From Myxococcota bacterium (lineage in GTDB: Bacteria > Myxococcota_A > UBA9160 > UBA6930): 64,000 nucleotides of DNA. The translations under genes and the position numbers were made by a program. The notes under the pieces are model-generated. The model ran no database searches and was not told the DNA's origin. It saw nothing but the letters and a program-made list of their open reading frames with translations. The stretch lies in NCBI GenBank assembly GCA_965223705.1, contig OZ245015.1:1024001-1088000 (forward strand). Direction: 5' to 3'. Shown piece by piece: positions 17,880 through 25,925 of this stretch (its first letter is position 1; each line of letters opens with the position of its first letter).

Positions 17880-19417
17880 TGGCCAAAAGGACTCTGTCTC
17901 GCCTTCGCGCCTTTGCTGAAAAGGGCCGAGGCTCAGGGCTCGGAGCAAACGCAATTGCCAATCTGCTCGGAACGGGCGGATTTTTCCTGGCGGTCGCAGT
18001 TGCCACGCCATTCGCCATCTCTGCGCTGGGTCAGACTCTTTGGGGCGTTTGGCAAGTTGCGGGCGCAGTCGCAGCGTACGCGACCCTTCTTAACCTCGGT
18101 CTGAACTCGGCAATCTCGTATGAAGTTTCTAGTACGCTTTCGCGAGAAGACGAGCTGGGTCTGGCGCAGACCATCGTCTCGGCACAGGTGTACCTACTCG
18201 TTGTTGGGTGCTTGCTAGCGGCGGCTGTCCTGCTGATCGGGCGCCCGCTAACGAATCACCTGGTACCAGAGAGGCTTCGAGAAAGTGCCTACGGTGTCCT
18301 CGCGGTGACCGTCGGATTGACCGGCCTCACGCTCAATCTGAGGATGCTTCCGTCGGTTCTCTCGGGCCTGCAGCGATACGACGCGCTGGCATGGGCGAGA
18401 ATTATCGCCGCCGCTTTTCTCGTGGTCCTTGTTTGGCAAGGGTTCGAACATGGTATGGGCATTATCGGGTTCGCCGTCGTGATGACCCTAGCGCCCGTCA
18501 TTCCAGGCTTTGTGTCTCTCTGGATGTGCCAGAGGCTACTCGGAAACTTGCGATGGTTGTGGAGTCTTGAGTTCTTCGATGGTTCCCGGCTCAGGCGGAT
18601 GGTCGCGTATAGCATCAACACGCTGATTTACACAGTCGGAACCGTTTTCCTGTATCAGACGATGAAGCTTGTTGCGGCTGCTCGCGGCGGTGCAATCGAC
18701 GCGGGACACATAGGGCTCGTGGTCAGTCTGGCTCAAGTACTCAATGTTGGCTTCCTCCCCCTCGCAGGCGTAATTCATACACGCATCGCGGATCTTCAAG
18801 GGCGAGGCGAGTACGCCGAAGTTCGTGAGACCTTTCGTAACGCATCTTCGCTGTATTTTGTGGTGGCGGTTGCTGGAATTTTGTTTGTGGGCATTGAAAC
18901 GCGAACAATCCTCAGCGCTTGGCTCGGGACCGCGCTCGACGCGAGATCGCTCGACCTGCTCGCCGATACGACACGATGGATGCTCCCTGGACAAGCCGCG
19001 TACGTTCTAACGCTGCCGAGCTATTACGGCCTCCTCGGACTGGGACGGCACCGCTTTTTCGCTGCCACGATGATCGCGGCAGCGGCAGTTTATGTCGCTC
19101 TCGCGATGGACGCCGGGTTCGAGTTCTCGGTGGGGGCATTGGCTCTCCGATTCTCGTTTGCTGTTGTGCCTCTTCTCCTCGTCGCGGGAGTATTTGCCTC
19201 GGTGCGCCATCTCCACGTTGGCCCAACAGCCCTCGCGACTGACGCGATTGCTCGTCCAGTGGCCGTCAGCCTGCCGGCCGTTGCCCTGGTTCTCGCGCGA
19301 CCGACGTCGATCTCCCCGGCATTGGACCTCTTGCTAGCAGTGTCCTTTTTCGTCTTAGGCTTGGCACCCGGCTTGTTCTGGACGTACCGAAAGTCTGGAA
19401 ACGTTCGGTTGCGCTAA
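17879..19417 (+). CDS. Wzx-type polysaccharide flippase
   Basis: About 12-14 hydrophobic segments; N-term 'ATPFAISALGQTLWGVWQ...LLNLGL' pattern of oligosaccharide flippases. Confidence 0.78.
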   Translation: MAKRTLSRLRAFAEKGRGSGLGANAIANLLGTGGFFLAVAVATPFAISALGQTLWGVWQVAGAVAAYATLLNLGLNSAISYEVSSTLSREDELGLAQTIVSAQVYLLVVGCLLAAAVLLIGRPLTNHLVPERLRESAYGVLAVTVGLTGLTLNLRMLPSVLSGLQRYDALAWARIIAAAFLVVLVWQGFEHGMGIIGFAVVMTLAPVIPGFVSLWMCQRLLGNLRWLWSLEFFDGSRLRRMVAYSINTLIYTVGTVFLYQTMKLVAAARGGAIDAGHIGLVVSLAQVLNVGFLPLAGVIHTRIADLQGRGEYAEVRETFRNASSLYFVVAVAGILFVGIETRTILSAWLGTALDARSLDLLADTTRWMLPGQAAYVLTLPSYYGLLGLGRHRFFAATMIAAAAVYVALAMDAGFEFSVGALALRFSFAVVPLLLVAGVFASVRHLHVGPTALATDAIARPVAVSLPAVALVLARPTSISPALDLLLAVSFFVLGLAPGLFWTYRKSGNVRLR

Positions 19418-20556
19418 GTTGCTTGCGATTCCAAGTAAACAGCCGACAGGAATCGTAGTGTTTCATCCGCGCACCGCTCCCACGAAAATGTTTCTGCTCG
19501 CGTCCACGCGGACGCAGCGCACCGTTCTCGTAGCTCCCGGCACACGACGAGCCGCTCGATTGCTGCGACGACAGAGTCCACATTTTCCGGGTCAAAGTAG
19601 ACCCCAGCATCCCCCAGGACCTCGGGCATAGGACCGCGATTCGAACAAGCGATCGGGTAGCCCTGTGCCATACCTTCGAGCAAGATGTTGGGCATGTTCT
19701 CGCAACTGGATGCGAACACAAAGATGTCGGAACGATCGACGACTTCGTGTAGCCGATCGAAGGGTAAGGGCCCGTCGTACGAGGCGAATTCCCCGTTCGG
19801 GTCAACGCGAGCCAGGGTAGCGCGCAGACGGGCAAGAGCAGCAGGATACGCAGGACCAACGAATTCGATAGCTACCGGATACCCCCTGAGTCTGAGTTCG
19901 CTAACGGCCTCAGCAACGATCCATTGGTGCTTGTAGACGTCGACTATTGAAACATAGACCAGTCGCATCGGGTTCTCGCGAGAGAACTCCACAAGGTCTC
20001 GTTGGGGTCGCGGCTCTATTCGAAACCGATCCTCAACCCCATGGGGTATCACGACAGTTCGCTTGGGCGAGCCGACGACGCCAGTCACAACCTCGCGAGA
20101 ATATTGCGTGAGAAAGACAACTCCGTCGGCGGAGCGAAGGGTTCGGCTCTGCCCAAAGCGCAGAAGAAAGACGCGTAGGCCCATCAAGGAGATCCCGTAG
20201 CGTCGCATCTCCTTCCACTCGAAGGGAAGGAGGTTTCTCGACATTGTTACGAGCGGGAAGACTTGTGTTGGCGAATTTCCGCCGGGCGCGAAGAGCAAGT
20301 CACATTGTTGGCTTGCCAACTTTGGAAGGCGTCTCCATTGCCACAAAAGGCGGAACGGCAAAGGCCGGTCTAGTTCGGGTTCGTGGACCTTTTGTAGCCA
20401 AGGGTGCGCCGGAAGCCGGTTGAGAGTCTCTTTGCCAGCCCAAACAACGACTTCCGAAATATTGTAGTTGTCTGGCTGGGCAACTCTGAGAAGGTTCGTA
20501 AGGTGTGTTAGACCACCTCCCGCCCTAAGGTTCGAAGCATCGATTCCAAGAATCAA
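19414..20556 (-). CDS. Glycosyltransferase family 4
   Basis: MILGIDASNLRAGGG, IPHGV, YKHQ, FVFASSCENMPNILLEGMA (EX7E motif). Confidence 0.9.
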   Translation of the reverse strand: MILGIDASNLRAGGGLTHLTNLLRVAQPDNYNISEVVVWAGKETLNRLPAHPWLQKVHEPELDRPLPFRLLWQWRRLPKLASQQCDLLFAPGGNSPTQVFPLVTMSRNLLPFEWKEMRRYGISLMGLRVFLLRFGQSRTLRSADGVVFLTQYSREVVTGVVGSPKRTVVIPHGVEDRFRIEPRPQRDLVEFSRENPMRLVYVSIVDVYKHQWIVAEAVSELRLRGYPVAIEFVGPAYPAALARLRATLARVDPNGEFASYDGPLPFDRLHEVVDRSDIFVFASSCENMPNILLEGMAQGYPIACSNRGPMPEVLGDAGVYFDPENVDSVVAAIERLVVCRELRERCAASAWTRAETFSWERCADETLRFLSAVYLESQAT

Positions 20557-21653
20557 AGATGCGATCCAGATACGGCAAGCTCGTACACCCGCAGAAAGCT
20601 CTCCGCACTAGCCTCGATCGACCAGCGTCGGGCTTTGCACGCGGCCGCCTCGGTTCGCCGAAGGTTGTCCTGCGGATTTCGCAGTACTTGCGAAATGGCG
20701 TCGGCTGCCGGGGCGGAGCTACCAGTTTCCACGAAAAACGCCTCTTCTTCGGAGAACAGTTCCCGATGCGCGGGGATGTCGGAAAGGACGAGCGGACACT
20801 CGGAGGCAGCGGCCTCCATCACCGTGTTCGGCATCCCTTCGTAGTGGCTAAGCGAAACAAAGGCCCGCGCCCGTTTGAGCAACGAGATGCCCTGGTCGGT
20901 GTAATCACAAAACCGAATCCGATCTTCGAGTCTTCGCTCTCTTACAAGAGCCATCAGTCGGCCGGTCTCGGATCCCGATCCGCAAAACAACCCGATTGCG
21001 CCGTGACTCGCAACATTCTTTCCCATAGCGTCAAGTACAAGGGCGGGGTTCTTAAACGGTTCGATGCGGCCGATAAACAAGATCAGGGGCCCATCTCTAT
21101 CGAATCCAAACTCCGAGAGTGATGCCGCCGAAGCTCGATCAATCTCGTCGAAGCAAAGGCCATTGCGAATGGTCGACCGACCTACTCGCGGGGGAAGCTG
21201 GGTCTTCCAGTAGGCGTTTCCAGCCTCTGAGTTTGAGACGACGAAAGCCGCCCTTGTGGCGAGACAAGCCCGAACCCGTAGTTTCGCCGTTTGAGCGATG
21301 GAACCTGGGGCCGTTCGCTCCGTGAGAATCCATGGGATCTTGCGGCGCCATGCAGCTAGACCTCCGAGGATATCCATCATTGGAAGCCAGGTCTGAACGA
21401 TATCAGGGTGGAGTTCACGCAGGAGCGAGCAGATGGCGACGGGAATTCTTGCGTCGTAGCTGGACTTCGAAGCGATACAGTGGACCTCAGCTTTGGCGGC
21501 CACCGCGCGGTCCAAATTTGGGCCTCCCTTCAGCACAGCAATATGAACTTCGACCCCGAGTTGGTGAAACGCACCGCAGAGGTTCGCGAGCTGACGTTCT
21601 GCACCGCCAGGCCCGAGACTGGGAATGAGATGAAGGACCTTCAGGGCATGCAT
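20553..21653 (-). CDS. Glycosyltransferase family 4
   Basis: VLHLIPSLGPGGAERQ, PDIVQTW, IRNG, FIGRIEPFKN, SHYEGMPNTVMEA. Confidence 0.9.
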   Translation of the reverse strand: MHALKVLHLIPSLGPGGAERQLANLCGAFHQLGVEVHIAVLKGGPNLDRAVAAKAEVHCIASKSSYDARIPVAICSLLRELHPDIVQTWLPMMDILGGLAAWRRKIPWILTERTAPGSIAQTAKLRVRACLATRAAFVVSNSEAGNAYWKTQLPPRVGRSTIRNGLCFDEIDRASAASLSEFGFDRDGPLILFIGRIEPFKNPALVLDAMGKNVASHGAIGLFCGSGSETGRLMALVRERRLEDRIRFCDYTDQGISLLKRARAFVSLSHYEGMPNTVMEAAASECPLVLSDIPAHRELFSEEEAFFVETGSSAPAADAISQVLRNPQDNLRRTEAAACKARRWSIEASAESFLRVYELAVSGSHL

Positions 21654-22882
21654 TTTTTACGGAGGTCAGGATATCCGCCGAGCTCTGCGGGATTGTCTCT
21701 CACTGTGGCTCTCTTGCCGGTCTGTCCGGTCACCTGGAGCAATAGGCTCTGGTCGAGAGAGTCGCGGCACGGTTTCGTGGCACCGGCTTCTCGGACCGTC
21801 TCCTGAAGAACATCGCGGTCGGTCTCAAGATACAGATCGACCCCCACCGGCCGTTTCATGAGAAATCCAGCATCTCTAGTCACCCTGTCGATTCCGCCTT
21901 TCGTTCGGTCCGAGACGAACTCATGTTGTTGGTGGTTTCCGGAGTAAAACCGGTTGGTGCTTAGAAACAGACCTACTGTGCCGACACCAATCCTCTGCAC
22001 CGGCGGTGGGATCCTGTTGCTTCCTGAGAGGTATACATTGCGCACAAAATCTGCATAGACGTGCCAACCCTGGGAAAATGAGCCAACTATGGAGCCGATC
22101 TGGTAGTTGTGAATAACGTTTTCTTCGACAGTGAAAATTGCAACTCCGCGCTCCGGAGAGCCATGATCGGAACCCGGGGTGAGTTGCGGATTCCTGGAAT
22201 ACTGGTGGGCGAACACGTTCCTCACCCAACTCCCGAGCGATACGTCGCCAGCGACGAGTGTGCCGTAGGTGTGGTTTCGCGACTGGGGAAGAGTCTGGGC
22301 GATGATCGAATATTGAATCGTGAAGTTGCGCAGAGAGCGGCCCTCGTAGGCAACAGCCGAGATGCATTCATCCGTGCCCCACTGACACGAGACATGGTCG
22401 ATCAGGTAGTTTGAACCATCCTCCAGGGTCAGCCCATCGTCATAGGCCTTGCGGTTTCCGTTCCGGAACCGCATATGAGTGACGATGGTGTTGCCACCGC
22501 GAAGGCTCACCTGCGCGTCGGCAATTTGCACGCCCGCGTCCGGCGCATCAGAACCGTCAATCGTGAGATTGCCGGCGAAGATAGTCAGTGGACGCCTCAG
22601 CCGGATCGTTCCAGAAACGCGAAAACGGACGATGCGCCCCGGTTGCGCCACGGCTGCCCGTAAAGGGCAGTCACCATCGATATCCGATGAGCAGGCGCCT
22701 GTTGAGCTGTCCTCCAGCGTGTCAACCCAAACGGTTTCTCCACCCGTCCCTCCCGTCGTAGCCATGCCGAACCCGTGGGCGGTGATCGCGACGGCGCTAG
22801 CGGCCAGGGTGGAGACAAAGAGCGAAATCGCTAGCGTCCACGGGCATCCACGAAGCAGCGAGACACGGGTGATTCGGACCAC
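21641..22882 (-). CDS. Secreted pectate lyase-like (PL1) beta-helix protein
   Basis: Signal peptide, then AHGFGMATTGGTGG..VWVDTLED, LRAAV, RIVRFRVSGTI, NLTIDG, IDHVSCQWGTDE, SRNP. Start uncertain. Confidence 0.8.
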   Translation of the reverse strand: MVRITRVSLLRGCPWTLAISLFVSTLAASAVAITAHGFGMATTGGTGGETVWVDTLEDSSTGACSSDIDGDCPLRAAVAQPGRIVRFRVSGTIRLRRPLTIFAGNLTIDGSDAPDAGVQIADAQVSLRGGNTIVTHMRFRNGNRKAYDDGLTLEDGSNYLIDHVSCQWGTDECISAVAYEGRSLRNFTIQYSIIAQTLPQSRNHTYGTLVAGDVSLGSWVRNVFAHQYSRNPQLTPGSDHGSPERGVAIFTVEENVIHNYQIGSIVGSFSQGWHVYADFVRNVYLSGSNRIPPPVQRIGVGTVGLFLSTNRFYSGNHQQHEFVSDRTKGGIDRVTRDAGFLMKRPVGVDLYLETDRDVLQETVREAGATKPCRDSLDQSLLLQVTGQTGKRATVRDNPAELGGYPDLRKKCMP

Positions 22883-24311
22883 ACTCCGGCGCGTCGGCTC
22901 CTCGACAGGACTGTTTACGCTCTCGACAGTGCTGGCGGCTTTGTGCCTCGCCTCGGGACTCATCGGTTCAGGTATCTCTCCGTCCGTTTCCGCTCTCCTC
23001 GGCATCGGCGGCTTGGCGCTGTACGCCTTCGTTTGGTTCAGCCGCTTCAATAGCGTGGATCCGCTCCTATGGATCCCGGCCATGATGGTTCTTTTTTACT
23101 TTGGGATGCCCGTTGCGGAGTGGCTGTTCCCTTCGGGAAGCCAAGTGACTTACGACAGTTGGGGGCTTAAGCCCGACCCTCGTGACGTGTCCAGTGGCTT
23201 CGCCGTGGCCTCGCTCACTTTGGTCTCGTTTATCGCAGGGGCGAGCATCCACGGTATCGAGCGGCCGGAAACGAGGCCAGATTTCCCTCAGAACCAGTTC
23301 CTGAGTGTCTCCGGCGCAAGCGTCGCGGCGCTGGGGCTTGCGATGCTCGCTTTGGGAATCGCCATCGCGGGACCGAGTTCTTTGTTCTCAAACTATGGCG
23401 CTCTGAAGGAAGCGGAGGCTTGGGGGGCTGTTGATGCTCGTTTCGTTCACGTCGGGGCCCTGTTTAGCATCATCGGGGTGCTCGCTGCGCTCAGCGGCGC
23501 GGGTCGAGCGCGATGGGCAATCGTCCTCGCAGTGATCGCGCTAGGCAGCGTTTCTGCCGTCTACTTTCTCCTGGGAGATCGCAGCGCCATCATGGCAATG
23601 GCCGTCGCCGTTTCCTGGGTTTACACGATCCGAGTGAAACGCATTGGTTGGCCTATCGCTTTCGTCGCTTTTGGCCTGGCTCTGGTCGTCGCGCCGTTGC
23701 TCGCCGAATACCGTGTCTTCAAGGACGTCGTTCACACTTCGAACCTGAGTATTGTGGAGCTTGTGCGAGCTAGTTTCTACGAGACGGGTTCTAGCGCCCA
23801 GGTGTTTGTCCATACCCTTGCGAACATCCCGGAAACGAAGGGGTACGACTGGGGGGTTAGCGTTGTTTACGCGATCGCGGAGTTGATTCCAAACCTTGGT
23901 TTGAACCCGGCCGGACAGAGACTTCTTGACCCTCTTCAGCATCAGCCGAGTATTTGGTTGGTTCACAGCATCAATCCGATTAAGTACTTTGACGGGGGTG
24001 GGTATGGGTTCGCGCTCGGCGCCGAATGGTATTTCAATTTCGGCGTTCCCGGCGTCTGGATCGGATGCCTGGCAACAGGTTGGCTGACGGCGAGGGTCCG
24101 GCGTTGGTCGCTTTCCGGTGGGCTCGCCCTGGTAGTATCTGCCCAGTTCGCATCCATGGTGGCACTGCTCGTCAGAAACTCCCTCTCGGCACCTCTTCGT
24201 GGTTTCGTCTGGTCTGCTATCGCTTTGTGTGGCGTTTATTTCGCTCTTAGGCTGTTCGCGGCGAAACCGGTTTCGGATCCCACTCTCATCGGTCAAGAGT
24301 CGGGATCCTAG
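22869..24311 (+). CDS. O-antigen/EPS polymerase Wzy-like membrane protein
   Basis: About 10-11 TM segments, LLGDRS motif, periplasmic loop, GGGYGFALGAEWYFNFG. Start uncertain; the 5' part of track ORF 22479 is antisense to the lyase. Confidence 0.78.
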   Translation: MIRTTLRRVGSSTGLFTLSTVLAALCLASGLIGSGISPSVSALLGIGGLALYAFVWFSRFNSVDPLLWIPAMMVLFYFGMPVAEWLFPSGSQVTYDSWGLKPDPRDVSSGFAVASLTLVSFIAGASIHGIERPETRPDFPQNQFLSVSGASVAALGLAMLALGIAIAGPSSLFSNYGALKEAEAWGAVDARFVHVGALFSIIGVLAALSGAGRARWAIVLAVIALGSVSAVYFLLGDRSAIMAMAVAVSWVYTIRVKRIGWPIAFVAFGLALVVAPLLAEYRVFKDVVHTSNLSIVELVRASFYETGSSAQVFVHTLANIPETKGYDWGVSVVYAIAELIPNLGLNPAGQRLLDPLQHQPSIWLVHSINPIKYFDGGGYGFALGAEWYFNFGVPGVWIGCLATGWLTARVRRWSLSGGLALVVSAQFASMVALLVRNSLSAPLRGFVWSAIALCGVYFALRLFAAKPVSDPTLIGQESGS

Positions 24312-25925
24312 TTGTCGATTCTCGCTGCTGTGGGGCGAGTCGCTAGGACCGTCAGACACCTCCGGTACGACCAAATATTGGGCCAGTTGAAGGTTCGTTT
24401 AGTAGGCCCAGTTCGGCTCCAGAAGGCCACAGAGCCTCTCGCGCTCGGTGGCGTCGGCAGCCTCGTCGCTTTTTGTCCCCCGCCAGAACACATCGAGCTA
24501 CCGACGAAGACAACGCTGGTACTACTAAACGAGACAATGCAGATAGAGGATCCAGTCGATTGGTGCGCCGCTTCCGCGAGCCCCCTGCGAATGTTTCATC
24601 TTCACTACCACCAGTGGTTGCGACATCCCTCGCTTCCTTTGGATCGAAGAGGGGATCTACTCCTAGGTTGGCTCCGTCAGCCTTCTGGAGGTGTTGGTTG
24701 GAACGTTGGGCCAATTACAAACCGCGCGATCGAGTGGGCAAAGCTCCTCGCGCAGGCCGGTAGCCTTCCGGACGACGGAAACCTACGACAAGCCCTGCTC
24801 CAAAGTCTGGCAGATCAATTGGCAACCTTGGCAGTCAGCTTGGAGACCCATCTCTCGGGGAATCACTACCTGCACAACCTCATTGCGCTCGTGCTGGCGG
24901 GGGTCGCCTTTAGGAGTCGCCAGGCCGACGAGCTCCTTCGCAACCAGGGGAAACTCGAGTACGAGCTTCGCGAGCAAATCAACCCCGACGGGGGCTTCTA
25001 CGAGAGGAGCCCGATGTACCACGGCATCATCCTTGAGTCACTTCTCGACCTCCTTAACTTCGCAAGGGCGAATCCCGGACGCACCGAACACGGGTTCGAG
25101 GAGTTTTTGGTGCGGGTGATCGAAAGAATGGTCGAAGCTGTCTTCGTTTGGACTCACCCGAATGGTCAAGCCGCCCTGATCGGGGATACAGCGCGCCGCG
25201 CGTTCGCGTCCACGAAAGAAATCACCGATTACGCCTCTCGCCTACAAATCCAGCCGAAGCGCTCTCGATCGATTCTTGAAAATACCGGAATAGCGCGGTT
25301 CACGTCTGGTTCCTTCGTCGCGATCGCGAGTCTGTGCGGGCCATCACCACCTCACCAGCCGGGACACGCGCATTGTGACGCACTCTCGTTCGAGCTCTCA
25401 GTCGATCGGGAAGAAATCGTCGTCGACACCGGGGTGTTCGAGTACACGTCGGGTGCACGACGTGACATCTCGCGAAGCGTCGTGTCCCACGCAACGGCTT
25501 CCATCGATGGGAACGAACAATCGGAGATGTGGGGCCGACACCGCGTCGGCGGTCGGGCGCGCGTCTCAATACAGGAACTCGGTCCTTCCGGATTCGTTGC
25601 GTCATGCACCGGGTGGCAGGGCGGTACACATCGACGTCGCTTCGAGATGAGCTCCGACACCATCCGCATTCTCGACACGTTTGAGGGGGTGCGCAAAAGC
25701 GCAGTGGTCCGGTTTCCACTAGCGCCCGGAGTTAACGTAAGTCGTCGGGGCAACGACCTGGCCCTTTGCAAGACTGGGCGCGCTCTTCTGTTGCGAAGCC
25801 CAGTACGTACGCGTGTCGTCGAGCAGCCTTACTTTCCAGAATTCGCGCGCGAAGAGCTGAGAGCCGTGGTTGAGATTCATGGCAATGGCCGAACGCCCAT
25901 CGCGACGGAACTCACATTGAGCTAG
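24312..25925 (+). CDS. Heparinase II/III family protein
   Basis: FHLHYH, ETHLSGNHY, EQINPDGGFYERSPMYH, PGHAHCDALSFELS, VDTGVFEY, SHAT. Confidence 0.88.
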   Translation: MSILAAVGRVARTVRHLRYDQILGQLKVRLVGPVRLQKATEPLALGGVGSLVAFCPPPEHIELPTKTTLVLLNETMQIEDPVDWCAASASPLRMFHLHYHQWLRHPSLPLDRRGDLLLGWLRQPSGGVGWNVGPITNRAIEWAKLLAQAGSLPDDGNLRQALLQSLADQLATLAVSLETHLSGNHYLHNLIALVLAGVAFRSRQADELLRNQGKLEYELREQINPDGGFYERSPMYHGIILESLLDLLNFARANPGRTEHGFEEFLVRVIERMVEAVFVWTHPNGQAALIGDTARRAFASTKEITDYASRLQIQPKRSRSILENTGIARFTSGSFVAIASLCGPSPPHQPGHAHCDALSFELSVDREEIVVDTGVFEYTSGARRDISRSVVSHATASIDGNEQSEMWGRHRVGGRARVSIQELGPSGFVASCTGWQGGTHRRRFEMSSDTIRILDTFEGVRKSAVVRFPLAPGVNVSRRGNDLALCKTGRALLLRSPVRTRVVEQPYFPEFAREELRAVVEIHGNGRTPIATELTLS

